Part shown: positions 48,001 to 60,605 of the stretch, one piece after another
Numbering within the stretch: the stretch's first letter is position 1
How the letters are laid out: every line of letters begins with the position of its first letter
Origin: Phoronis australis
Lineage: Eukaryota > Animalia > Phoronida
DNA length: 64,000 bases
Assembly (NCBI GenBank): GCA_002633005.1
Contig: NMRA01000255.1
Span: 317,937-381,936 of the forward strand
Reading direction: 5' to 3'
Notes under the pieces: model-generated
The model's database searches: none
Told to the model about the DNA's origin: nothing
What the model saw: the letters and a program-made list of their open reading frames with translations, nothing else
Program-made: the position numbers and the translations under genes

Positions 48001-51000
48001 GCTGCCAAGGGAGAATATGATGACTCTCTGCGACAGTTGGCTGACGACGTATGTACCTGTCTCATTAAAAGTCACTTTAAACAGCTGTAAGCCAGCTGCA
48101 TTCCCATGTCCAAGAAGAGAACTTTTGATTAAGACCATTTACTGAATTGTAAAATTGTTTTCACATTGTTCCTTACCCAAATGAGGAGTGATTTGTGGGT
48201 TAATTTGCAAAGATCTGATGGTTCTTTATTCCTTAAATCAATGCTTGGTGCATAAAGTGACACAACATGACTAGCCAACGTGTGCAGCCTGGTCTCATGC
48301 AGTAACTATTTGTCAACCAGTTCCTTCAAAGCCCTGAATCTCAGTCTGACTTAGAAACAATTCAGACTAATTTCATAATGGTATGTGGTCTAAATCAAAC
48401 TATTTTTGTAATGGAAAGGTAGTTTACAGCTGTATTAATAAGCACAGTGCTTGTTTTCTTTGAAATGCCTGTTTTTTTAAAGAAATTAGTTCATGCTTAG
48501 TAATAGAGAAATGTAATTACTTTGTCAATAATTCGGGATATGCTTTCATAAGTTCACCTTTTTACATTAACAATTAGGAGTGTCAGGTTTTTTGGACAAT
48601 TTTCAGTGTACAAAGTTAAATGAAGGATTTTTGAATCATTAAAAAGACTATGTTATTGACCTGTTTGTTGAAATTTAAGTTAAAAGTTGAGTTATGAATT
48701 CCATAGGGCCTGTTACCCGAAAAAAACTAACTTAAACACTGTTTTTTCCTCATATTTCCACTATGTGTTACTACTGGTGCATTTCCCGCATCCCACATTC
48801 AACTCTTTTCTTAAATACATTGCCATGATTGACCTAGTTTTCGAAAGGTCAGGGCCATTGTCACATTTCTGAGCCAAGTCAGATAAGTGAACGATTTATT
48901 ACACCTCACTCGGGTTCTCAATAAGCCTTAAAATGACAAACGGTAAGCTAATCTCAATGCAGCTTAGAGTCTAGCATGGCAAAAGCGTACAACTTTTACA
49001 ATAAAATTGTTTTCATTTCAGATCTACCATGCTTCGGAAGAGTTTGGCACTGATGACATCAGAACTTCGGGGGGTTACTTCCACATGGCCAATGTGTTTT
49101 TCAGGCAGAACAGAATGGACATTTCCGATTCATTGTATGCAAGGGTAAGGCACTGGTTTCAAAAATTAAAAAAGTTATTTATCCACCAACCTTGTCAAAG
49201 TTGATGTAATTTTGATGTCAAGCTTTTTGTGTTGTTGCAGGTTTGGGGACAGAAACCTTTTTTCTGTCATGATACGGAAAGGATTGAGACATTTTGTATG
49301 GTTCTGCAATGGGTTCATAATAATTCATGTTTATGGTTGTGGAACTGGACCTTATTAACAAGTCTACGTATTTAACCATATAGCTACAAAACTATAGACA
49401 TTAACTCGGTAATAGTATACTATTAGATTTTCTTAAAGTGGAAAGCCTGCAAAATTTTTTGCCACTAACTGGGTCACATGACCATGTATGTCCATAGCAA
49501 AACAACAGTATCAAGAACAGGATTATATTTTATTTATAATGTTTAGGATGAGCTCTCAAAAATTTTACTACAGTTCTCTTAAATATCATTTCATTTTCAT
49601 TTGATGCAACTTTTTTTACAAGAAAATTGTAAAAGTTACAATTTTTGATATTCCACATGCAAAAGAAAACGACCCCAACCCTGTTCTCAAGAACAGTGCA
49701 TAAAGCATAGTATATGAAATTTTCATATGAATCCATTGTCATCTCTGAGATACGTTGTTCTGAATTTAACCAAAGTTGGACATTTTTCTTGGGTCCTACA
49801 TGAGCTTAAGATAGCAAGGTATGCTTGGTTTTTCACATCTTTGCCGTGAATTGTTTGTGATTGATGCTCAAGAACATGTCAACTGTGGAACGTTTTGTGA
49901 TTTTTTTATTCACGTTTGGTTGTACCACACTTATTCCATGCCCACTTTGTAATTTATTTTTTGGAGAGCACTTGCCGTGTTTCTTCCCTGAACAAAATCA
50001 AGTAAAGCCACGGTTCTATCTGCAGGTAACAAACATATGGTATGACCATTTAATGAAGATTGTCAAAATCCGCACCAAGACTCCTGCCATTGCCAAGGCT
50101 ATTGGTCCAGTGACTGTAGAGCGTTCTGATGAGGAGGAAGGACTAGGTGGGTGGAGATGTCAGGTTTCACACAGTTTCAGTCCTGTGGGGCGTAATACTT
50201 GACCGCATTATTGGATGGTTCTGCTCATGATTTGAAATGTCCATCTTAGCCTGGTTTCTTGTAGATGAAATTTTCAATCATCGTGTTAGAATTTTTATGG
50301 ATCTTTTGATACCGTACTTAGGTTTTTTCTTTTTTTTTTTGCTAAAGAGTTGATCTGGTTGGTGGCGCATTTCAAGTCGACCTCTGTTTTCCATAATGCT
50401 TTAAATTCTGTAGGAGTGAGTAATATTGCTAAAATATAGTGGTCATGTTTTATTATGATTTACAAAATAGAATGTCATTTAAAAATGTTGTAACGAATTA
50501 GTCAAGACGCTATCAATTAAGTAATCACAAGTCATAATATAAGTCTTTAGAGATCATTGTATGACAGAGAATGTCTTAAGATGTAAAGTATATTTTGAAC
50601 TCGGAATATTCAATCTAATGTGTTGATATAACATAAGTACACCATGAATTTTTGAGTTCTGAATTGTTACAAAGATCATAGATTTTGGTTACAATGTAAC
50701 CTCATTCATTTACTCATTCAGACGAAGCCCAAGAAGCTGAGGCCATTCAGGTGCTCAACGCTATCTTTGACATCAGAGATCAAGTGCAGGTGAAAAAGCC
50801 CGAGATATTGGCAAAGGTGTGTCATGCTCTCGCTATGCTCTACTATGTGTTACATCAAATGGACAAGGTAAGTTAAGAGATACAGTCTTGCGCTGGCTCT
50901 GTTAAGAAGTAACTATAGCTAGTATACCTCGGGTGAACAGCCATCATGTCATGAACTGCTGATTTGGATTTGCCTTGCCATTTTTGACATTATCAATTTA

Positions 51001-52559
51001 TTTTGCCATTTGAATGCATATGACTCCTCCTGTTCCATCTTTGCAGTTAAATCATCGAACGTGTGATCGGTCCACGTATTATTTATCTTGTGCAGCTGTC
51101 ACATAATCTTGTTTCAGACCAGAGTAACTCTGCAGTATTTCTGCTTTCTTAATGGCAAAAGTCAGAATAATGTGTGTGCTGCTCCGTTGCAATGAAGCCA
51201 ACCTGCAGGAAATTTAATTAGTAATACGTTGGCTTATCGTAGTCATCAAGATTTGCTATTTCATCAAGACAACCTAATTAAATCTTCTCTGTGAAAGTCC
51301 TAAGGCTTTTGGAATGTGTCTAATGTAGTCCTCATTCTCACGTCTCTGAAGTTGGTACAGATAAATTCGTTGTTATCGTCTTGGTCCCAAAATTGACAGA
51401 TTATCCGAGGTATACAGTATTCTGAGTGCCATTGCCTTAAATAACGATAGTATTACATTTTGTTCCATCTTATTCAATAATGTTCAATAAAGTGTGATAA
51501 ACCAAAACTTCCAGTGCTGGTTTAGCTGACAAGAATAACTAAAATTGAACTAGGTGTTTATAATATTTCTCCTTCTGATAGGGCTCTATTTCCATTACCA
51601 ACTCGAGTGCGCATATGCAGCATGTCAAATTCATAAATTTAAGTTTGGCCAACACTAATAAAATCTGAAACATTTTCTTGAGTTTGTGATGGTTTTGATG
51701 TTCTTGTTGGTGATGGAAATAGAGTTCTATTATGATAAGGAACATTATGACACCAATTTCATGAGAGTAAAAGGCCGATTTTTGTTTTTTTAGCCAGCTA
51801 AACATATTGAAATGCAGCTTTTGACCATTTTTCTTTGCAATTTCTAAAATTGTTTATCTTTTCAAACGCCCAATTTGGCTTTGGGTAGAATTTAGCTTTT
51901 TCAGTCTAATAGATTTTGTTGGTAGTTACTGTATGAGATAATTGTATGGACATGTATTGATGGGCGTGGTGTGCTGGAGAGAGTCAATGGCTGGATGCTG
52001 CAATGGTTGAATAGAACCTTTCCCCAGACAATACACTCTCAACTATATTTCGTACATAAACCAGACAGTCATAGTGGATTTTTAAAAGGTTTTAACTCCT
52101 GAATGTATACATGTCTAACTTGCTTTACATTCTCCATAAAGAGCTTTTAATGGCCACACGAACACTTTTAGCAGATTTGTGGTTCTGTCCAACCCATATG
52201 CCTGTGCTGAAGGTTGTTGTGAGCCATATAGCTTCACTGTCTTTATTATTGCTTAAGCAAAACCCTTCATATCAGTAACTTTCTTTAGGGTGCATAGAAC
52301 CTGGGACAGATAGAACCCTGCATATACAAATAACCGTTCAGGGATGCATAGTTACCGCAAAGGGCACGGGACACATAACTAAATATCTGAGACACATAGA
52401 GATGACCCCTGAACAACGGGTTACACAGTGTAGTTTACTGTTTATTTACAGGCCAAAGAGTATGGTCGTAAAGCAGTGGTGGAAAGTGAAGGGAATCCTG
52501 ATGAAGAGCTGTCAAGAAGCATTGTGGAATTCATGAAAATATGCGACAGAGTTGCCTGA
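44968..52559 (+). CDS. ZMYND12: Zinc finger MYND-type containing 12: join(44968..45074,46653..46794,47216..47387,47879..48048,49022..49144,50026..50146,50722..50867,52452..52559), 362 aa
   Basis: N-terminal MYND finger (CELC..C..C..TYYC...HQKADW..HEKIC), then TPR-like segments matching my recollection of ZMYND12 (LFEGKHEQAVPAA, QAQWTVLK, FGTDDIRTSGGYFH, DEAQEAEAI, AKEYG). GT-AG introns in consistent phase; AATAAA near 52827. Confidence 0.93.
46653..46794 (+). CDS. ZMYND12: ZMYND12 exon 2 (GVEHQKADW...MRQ)
   Basis: ttgcag acceptor, gtgagg donor. Confidence 0.92.
47216..47387 (+). CDS. ZMYND12: ZMYND12 exon 3 (LHMIDL...LGEASI)
   Basis: ttgcag acceptor, gtaatg donor. Confidence 0.92.
47879..48048 (+). 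CDS. ZMYND12: ZMYND12 exon 4 (GLGRLSQAEEYL...LADD)
   Basis: ttgtag acceptor, gtatgt donor. Confidence 0.92.
49022..49144 (+). CDS. ZMYND12: ZMYND12 exon 5 (IYHASEEFGTDD...LYAR)
   Basis: tttcag acceptor, gtaagg donor. Confidence 0.92.
50026..50146 (+). CDS. ZMYND12: ZMYND12 exon 6 (VTNIWYDHL...EEEGL)
   Basis: ctgcag acceptor, gtgggt donor. Confidence 0.88.
50722..50867 (+). CDS. ZMYND12: ZMYND12 exon 7 (DEAQEAEAI...QMDK)
   Basis: ttcag acceptor, gtaagt donor. Confidence 0.9.
52452..52559 (+). CDS. ZMYND12: ZMYND12 terminal exon (AKEYGRKA...DRVA*)
   Basis: ttacag acceptor, TGA stop. Confidence 0.88.
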   Translation, partial: AKEYGRKAVVESEGNPDEELSRSIVEFMKICDRVA

Positions 52560-52942
52560 GAGTCCGACCTCTAGTGGCGGTAACTGACAATTGCCAACTA
52601 GTACTGTGTTGATAGGAAGCAGGTCAAGTCAACAGACCCGAAAAATGTGCAGCTTTGCCAAATGAAAAATGAACATGAGCATCTGAAAACATTGAACATT
52701 TAGTCAAATGAGTGACATGTTATTGAAATTGGTCACAGTGTATTTTGTGATTGCCACTCCAGCAGACTAACAAAATGCATTGTGTATTGTATGTAATGTA
52801 GATAATGTTCATTTTGTAAATATGTGAATAAATATATTTTTTGTAAGATGATGAATTGATTTCCCAACCATGTAATGCTGAAGTATGAGTTGGGTACCTC
52901 TGTCTGACCTACATCTTGCAATAGTTGACAAAATTTTTATCA

Positions 52943-54504
52943 TTTTTATGCGCCCACATATTTATATGTGGACGCATTATGCCGTCATCTCTGTCCGTCC
53001 GTCCGTCCGTCCGGGCGGCGTCCGGCGTCCGCCGCTCTATCTCCAAAACTCTTTGACATACGTTCATGAAATTTGGCACATATGTTCCATTCATGAATGG
53101 GACGGCATGTGCGAACTTTCGGACGGATCCGACTACCGGTGTGCCCCCTAGTGGCAATTTTAGTTTTTTACGCTTACCTTTGTATCTTCAAAAGTCCTTA
53201 ACGGATTTTCATGAAATTTGGTATGTAGGCACCTATTAGTGATATGACACTATCCTGCCGTTTTCAGATGGATTCGACATAGTTTGCGTCACCTAGTGGC
53301 CATTTTTAGTGTTTTCGAGTATGTTTTTGTGCGTCCACCCCTTTATCAACCAAACCGCTCAAAGGATGATTGTGAAAATTGGCATGTATATGCTTACTAT
53401 GTAGAGGACGGTTGACGATGATTTTCCGACGATTTCGACTACTGTGGCGCCTCCTAGTGGCAGTTTTATTTTTTTGCGCCTATGGCTGTATCTCCTAAAC
53501 CGTTCGCAGGATCTTTACGAAATTGTGTAAGTATATTTATATGATGTTAACAACGAAACAACGAAAGATGACAACTTTTGGACGGATCCGATTACCGTTG
53601 TGCCCCCTAGTGGCAATTTTAATTTTTTTACGCTTACCTTTGTATCTTCACAAGTCCTTAACGGATTTTCATGAAATTTGGTATGTAGGCACCTATTAGT
53701 GAGATGACGCTATCCTCCCATTTTCAGATGGATTCGACATAGTTTGCGCCACTTAGTGGCAATTTTTACTGTTTTCGAGTCTGTATTTTTGCGTCCACCA
53801 ATCTGTCAACCAAACCACTCAAAGGATGATTGTGAAAATTGCCGTGTATGTGCTTACTATAAGGAAGACAGCTGACAATGATTTTCAGACGATTTTAACT
53901 ACTGTGGCGCCTCCTAGTGGCAGTTTTTTTTTTTTTTGCCCCCATGGCTGTATCTCCCAAACCGTTTGCAGGATCTTTACTAAATTTAGCAAGTGTATTT
54001 ATGTGATGTTGACAACGGACGATGACGACTTTAGGATGATTCTGACTGGCTACCGGTAGCCTATGCCTCTAGTACCAATTTTAGTATTTGCCTCTAGTGG
54101 CAATTTTAGTATTTTACATTGACCTCTGTATTTTCATAGGTCTTCAGGTGTATACTTTGTGTTACTTCGTGACTATGAAGCATGAAGGAAAAGTTCCAAG
54201 TTGAAATTTGTTTCTGGCATTCTAATGCTGTGCTAATCTCGTATGTTGGTAAATTTGTTTTTAATTCTATGTTTCTGTGGTGCTTTAAGCAACTGGTGTA
54301 TAGGATGTGCTTGTATTATGAAGATTACTCACATTTTGCCCCTAGCCTATTGAGGAGACAATGTTCACGCCTTTCCATTTTGCTAAGTACAACATACATA
54401 TATGCCCTCTACTGGCCACTTTATGGTACCAATAAACAACCCTAGAAGGATACCGTTTGCGGTGCAATTGTGGGCGCATTTTAACGCTCAGCGTTGCTCT
54501 TGTT
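52943..54504 (+). mobile_element. Helentron/DINE-like non-autonomous element, copy B (complete)
   Basis: Subterminal IRs ATGCGCCCACA (52948-52958) and TGTGGGCGCAT (54469-54479), 5' hairpin, (GTCC)n microsatellite, internal ~150-bp repeats, 3' stem-loop AACGCT-C-AGCGTT (54483-54495), end CTCTTGTT. Confidence 0.85.
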
Positions 54505-55144
54505 GTCTATTTTTGGGATTTTGCCTCCTCAGTGAACCACACCACTTTCTATTCACAGTCTATAGCCACATTGACTAATTTACGTGACAGTTCGGTACCT
54601 ATGCTACAATTATATACATTTTTTCTAAAATTAATTTACTACCAGTCGGGGACCTAAATGCGTGACACAGTCGCTTTTTATTGTCGTTCGGCTTGACATT
54701 TCATATCACAGTTGTTGCAATTGGTAGAGGTCGTTACCCTAACCAGTGGAAGATTTTACTCCACTCATTATTAAATATCATTATTTAGTCTTAGGTGTAA
54801 GAATTCAGTTTCGTTGATTGTCATGATGACATAAAAGTTGTGTGACGGTTTTGTGGTAGTAGCCCAGCACTACAGAAACGGGCGGGGGAAAAGCGTCGAC
54901 TTGAACCGCGACTGACAAATTGACACCCTCAACTATGACTTATTGATTGCAAAATTACAGGACTATTTAACAAAAAATGCACTGCTCGTCATTTTCTGAC
55001 CTCAGAAAGGTAAACGTATGACGGCAGAATATGTTCGTGGCCATTAAATCTCAAATAGACTTCGCAAAGCGTTTTCTGCTAGAATGCTGGCTCGATTACC
55101 TGATACCAGCTGGAATTGAGCAGTCTTCAAAACTGTACACCATA

Positions 55145-57100
55145 TATTGTATTGTATTTATTTATTGTAGTGACAAGTACAATTAATTCAAACAGTTATA
55201 AGTATAACAGTCGTAAGAAAAATAAGAACCCAGCCCAGTTGGGCTTATTAGTCACTTTAGCCACACAACTCAGATGTACCATAAATGCGCTGGTTTCTAA
55301 GTTCAAAAGCAGACTTGCTATATTTGGCAAATTGCCTGCGGGAAATACTGAAACAGCAGTTTTAACGTATCTAACCTTCTGAAATCTGCAAGGTTCGGGA
55401 CTTGAAGAGAAACACTATTAAATAGAATAGACCTCCGTGAGTTATAAAGAGAACAATCAAGCACAAAATGTAACTTATCCTCCTCAGAATCAGAATCACA
55501 ACACAAGCGAAGTCTTTCACTTACAGGAGTGTTTACTTAACAACCAGTTTTCAAGTGTAATGGAATTTCTGCTCTAAACTGAGCCAAAACAGATCTCTCG
55601 GAACGAGATAAATTAAGTTTCACATACGGTTCAATTAAAATCTCGTACTTAAATAAAATGCAACGGTAGCCTGGGTTCTTTACTTGGCTTTTGATACAAC
55701 AGACTCAGCCCAAACATGTTTCGAGTATTCAAATAGTTTGTTTCTAGCATCTACTATGTTACAAGTAGTCAAATTTTGAAAATAGGATTGCATGCTAGTT
55801 ATATTAAACAAATTTTTAAAACCGTCTATCCAACCATTTCTACTAACAGATTACACCCATAGAAAAACCTTTTTCAGTAACCTATCACCACCTGTGTTCA
55901 CTAATTTATTACAAATTAAGACGCAACATATCTGTTTCCGGTCGAGTCCCACTGACAGCATGAGTGGCTGTAAATCGGTTGACCCCTAGATAAAAACGCA
56001 TAGCTCTGAAAGTTTGAACATTTTCATTATTACCCATGTAACCCAAACAGATGATCCGCAATCCCAAATTTCTGCCACACACGGATTAAATAATGTTTTG
56101 AATGTTTCGATTCCTAGATTCTTGTTAACACGGAATGTTGAGCATGTCTTCCCTAACGGTCTACTAGAAACTTTAGATTCAATTTTTTAAGTCAAGGTGT
56201 TGATCCAGAATACAGCCTAAATATTTATATGAGGATTTGTAACTAATGACCCTGTTTAAAATAAATTCAAAAATTGCTTCTAGGCATGGGCTTAGCTCGA
56301 AAATGGACAACGTTAGTTTTTGCCATGTTTACAACCATTCTCCACATACCCTGCCGTCATTTTCCTTTTCAGACAAAAGTGCAGTAGGCCTATCGTCGGC
56401 ATAAAGAAGCATTGAAATATTGTTCGGGTCACATTTGACATATTTACCTAACGTCATTTATATACAAAGCGGAGTGTAGGTGACGGACACGATTTTCAGG
56501 AGTGAGCCAACCACTGTACAGAGTGCCATTTAATGATCGTATACAGTTCAACGGACTTCTGCAAACCATACGAATTGCATCACACATTCTACCATTAATA
56601 TTATTTTGCAGGAGTTCTTCATGTCCACAAGTCAGTAGAAAGGTTAGACGACTTTCTTGTTTGAATTATTGATGACAGGACATATAAGTGATCAATACAG
56701 GACAATTGGCTTCGAAAACCATTTTGCTCGTCAACTAAGGTATTGTTCTGTTCACAGAATCCACAATCCTATTATTCAACACAGTACTGAAGAGTTTATA
56801 AATATTTGAAAGAAGACTAATTCCACGGTAATTCAATGGTATTCTAGGGTCATCTGTAGAATTCTTAGGTATCGGGATATAATTGCCATATACCAATCAG
56901 AAGGCATAAGTCCACGTTTAAAAGATTCCCTAAAGAACTGGGTTAGAAAAACAACAATAGTTTCGAATCTTAACACCTCATAAGGTTTACAGTCATAGCC
57001 AACGGCATTATTCTTTGTTTTCATAAAAACATTTCTAACCTCATCATTAGAGATTTCACAATTAGCATGATCAATCGCATTATCTTATAATTATGTGGCA
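55145..57100 (-). mobile_element. Decayed non-LTR retrotransposon (RTEX-like) ORF2 remnant
   Basis: Minus-strand fragments: NAVGYD...GLMPSDW..AII (pre-RT), ISMLLYADD (~56395-56420), C-terminal RSVLAQFR...EEDKLHFVLDCSLY. A-rich AATAAATACAATACAA tail near 55150. Many stops and frameshifts. Confidence 0.8.
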
Positions 57101-59239
57101 TTCAACTATAACTTTCAGATTAGTTTTACAACCTTTTGGTGATCGATGCATATGGTCATGGAGGGACTCAGACCCCAGGGCACCGAACCCTGGGTAGTCT
57201 AACTTATACAACCGACTTACTAAACACGCGCTTATACAGTATTGGATAAGTTCCCAGTCACTGAATTTTATAAAAAAGTAGTCTTAAGTTCACAATGATG
57301 CAAAAACAACTAAACTGAACTAAAGCGTTACCTAAAAATCAATTCTTAGACAACACAAACGCGACATTTTTAAATCAAAGACCAATACGTAAAGGCCGCC
57401 AGCGTCAACGCCTGACCTGAAAACTATGGATAGCAATCTCATGCAGTGATCAATAGATCCCGGAACGGGACAGCCAGGTAAAATCGTCCTTCTGTTTATC
57501 TCCGGCTAGTTCTTTTACATGTTATTGTGGCATCGTGTGCTTTTCGATTGTGTGGTTGATTAGAAACTGAAAGTTGAGCGTTAGTCTCTGAGACGGTCTC
57601 AGAGACTGCCCTTCGTTTACAAAATGGGAGACCCGCTGACTTCAAAACATCACGTATATTGTCAACTCAGCTTTTTGGTTTTATATTGGTTAGCTTTTGG
57701 AAATGCCATAGGAAAACATTAGCCTTCGCGTGAGCAGGCGCAAAAGTTAGTGAGGGCCATTCGTGAGTTTTGAAAATCATCAGTCCAGCCTTTTCACATC
57801 GCCATAAACTCTTATCTACGTTCTCAAATTATTGTTTCCTCACCGACCTCGGTTATTTTCTACTTACAAATAGTTTCCAGGTTGAAGATGGGGTTTGGCT
57901 AGTCAGGCTGACACAAGTTTTCCAGTGGTATAGAGAGCCTGATGCCCCTAGAGAAGATTCCGACCAACATAGCCTCCTCTCTATAGCCAACTTTAGAAGG
58001 TCTCATGAGTTACGTAACATTCAGGGTAGTATTTTACACGAGGCACAATAATTGGTCGCTTTTCAGTTTGGCTGACTTTAGGGTCCCGGGCCCAAATTAA
58101 CTTTTTCGTTGTTGGTAGTTGCATGTTGACTGAACACGTAATTAAACAGGGCCCATAAAAAGAAGCGTCACGATGGCGGGGACCGGGGACGCGAGCGACC
58201 CCAGGCAGCTCAGGGAGTTGCTAATATGATTTGAGGACTGTGTGTGAATTAAATTGGTGAGCGATAGAGCCAAATGAGCGATCGCGGCTTGAGGGAGGGT
58301 AAGTGATAAACGCATAGGGGTTCTCCCACAATAGAAAACGGATATACCGGACGTTCCACTGCGAGGTGGCTTTTTCATCCGTCGGAAAGAGTGTCTTCAT
58401 TCTGCGAACAAATTAAATTCCTTATGAACAAGAGCCCTTCCTGTCACTCACCCACTGCGAAATGCAAAAGGTACCTTAATTCTCTCGATGTAAGTCCGCA
58501 CCAGGCGTAATCAATTCATGCCTGAGAAGCCGCGAAACAACTGAGGTTTCAAGGTTGTTATCACCGCACTACACAATCAAAATTTGATTGTGTAGTGCAG
58601 TGAAAACCTTCAAAATTAGATTTTTTTTTATGATTCCACCCATCAAGACTGAACTGGTTATAAAAAGTATGTGCTAAGTTTTGACAATGTTACGTCTCTT
58701 TTTCATCTGCCGGGTTTAATGGGTTAAATTCAGGTGTACAATAAAATTAAAGAGGTCGCACGGAACGCGAAAACTCCGGCGTAAGAAATACCGAAAACAG
58801 ATTCTGGCTAATCTATCCCCCAAATGCGCGTATGCGCTCTAAGGTAACCTTTTTCCATATAAGGGAAGTGTGCGTCGTTAGTTTGTCTTGCGTCAAATAA
58901 TTACGAGACATGTTTTGCCTAGCAGGAGAAAAATCGTAGAATCGACAAGTAGTTGACATATCATTTTTCTGAAATTTGAAACACTCGAATCCGTTTACGA
59001 ACTAACCTCAAAATAGGTGAACAGTCTGACTTCTGCTTCCGTAGCAGAACTACTTGGAGTGAAGCAATAGTCTGTTTTCACGTTCTATGCCTCTTTTAAG
59101 TTACGAAGGTGGAGTCAAACCAGTGATGCTGTTAGTCTGAAGTGCAAAACTCAACGAATTAGGAGACATGGCGCATGGGGCTGAGCTCTCTTTTTGAGCC
59201 GTCTTTTAGTCCGGATCCACCTGACTGGAAAATCTATAT

Positions 59240-59393
59240 CAGTGGCGGATTTAGAGGGGGCCAAGGGGGCCATAATCCTCCTAAAATTCTCCCAGATTAA
59301 ATTTGGTAATTCGGGGTGTAAGTGTCTGACCGGCAAATTCCTGGCCAATACTCTGCCCAGCCCCCCCAACTCAAAATCCTGGACCCGGCCCTG
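59240..59393 (+). mobile_element. Small GC-rich hAT-like MITE
   Basis: CAGTGGCGGAT ... AAATCCTGGACCCGGCCCTG, imperfect terminal IRs. Confidence 0.55.
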
Positions 59394-60164
59394 GTCAAGG
59401 TTTTGCAGCACTAGCTGGAGCATAGAACAGACATTACGTAGTACGTTTTGTTTGAGTAGACTTGAGGCACGTGCGGCCGAAGTTAATAAAGTGATGAACT
59501 CGAACCAGTCTTCAGTCTATCGTCGTACCGAAAGCTACTAAACACCGGTCAGCGATAACCTGTGTCCGCCCATCCACGGAGTAAACTGCGTGTTCATTAT
59601 AAAATTTGCAAACAGATGCGTGCCGACTAAGTTCGTTTTATGAATAAAACGCATAAAAAGACTAATATAGATGACACACCCATATTAAAACCACAATTTC
59701 TTGTTTTCTCTTTTCATTATTTTATTCTTATCATGACTACAGTGCAATGAACGTTAGTTTTTCATAAGCTCATTCAATCACACATTCCGATGAGAAAACC
59801 AACCTGTTTCCCATCTTAAGAGTGCAGTGCACTTCAGACCAGACAAAAAGCCATAAATGGGTGATACACCTTATGTCACGGATTAGGATCGTACTATGCG
59901 TTGTAGTTTACTTGCTTATGTTAGATTACTAAAATGTAGTTTAAACAATTCTAACTCTAATAAATAGTTTAAAAGTCGGGCACATCAGTTTTCGCTCAAA
60001 ATCAATTTGTGGTATTGTAAAGGTTATAGAAGCTGCTGGAAAGTGAAATAGTTTGTGTCATGGATTAACTCATCCATGGTCTCAGTAATAATAATAAATA
60101 GAAATTAGAAATATTGTCTGAAATTTCTGAGGATAACGGGGCCAAAGAATCAAAAACACAGAAA

Positions 60165-60605
60165 ACTGATAACTATTCTTTACCCAGCATTGTGAACAAC
60201 AATTTCTGGGAATAGCATTTCAAGCATTTTTTCATGATGATCCTTGGAAAGAACGCAAACTGAAACGCGACTACTGTAATGTCAGTTGAATTGAATGAAG
60301 TCAACCTTGTGTAGCACAAGAGAACGTCTGTGTACATATGTATTTAACGGATAACGATTCTTTACCCTGCATTGAGAACAACAATTCCGAGGCACAGTTT
60401 TCAAGCATTTTTTCATGAAAATTCTTGGAAAGAGTGTAATCTGAAACGCGGCTGTTGTAATGTCGGTTGAATTAAATATAACCAACCTTGCGTGTATTTA
60501 TCTGATAACGATTCTTTACTCTGCATTGAGAACAACAATGTTGAGGCATAGTTTTCCATGCACTTTTTCATGACGATTCCTGGAAAGAACGCAAATTGAT
60601 ACGCT
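60165..60605. repeat. ~150-180 bp tandem repeat, about 2.6 units
   Basis: GATAACGATTCTTTACCCTGCATTGAGAACAACAAT-like sequence recurs at about 60167, 60350 and 60503. Confidence 0.8.

Noticed and set aside
49434-49809. Possible TTAA-bounded relic; similar decayed MITE-like pieces at about 1-290 and 28640-29015
   Set aside because: Ends too degenerate to define TIR or TSD confidently.
57620-58100. Possible DIRS/Ngaro-like relic on the minus strand (GYREEAMLVGIFSRGIRL)
   Set aside because: A single weak resemblance amid many stops; cannot be supported without a search.
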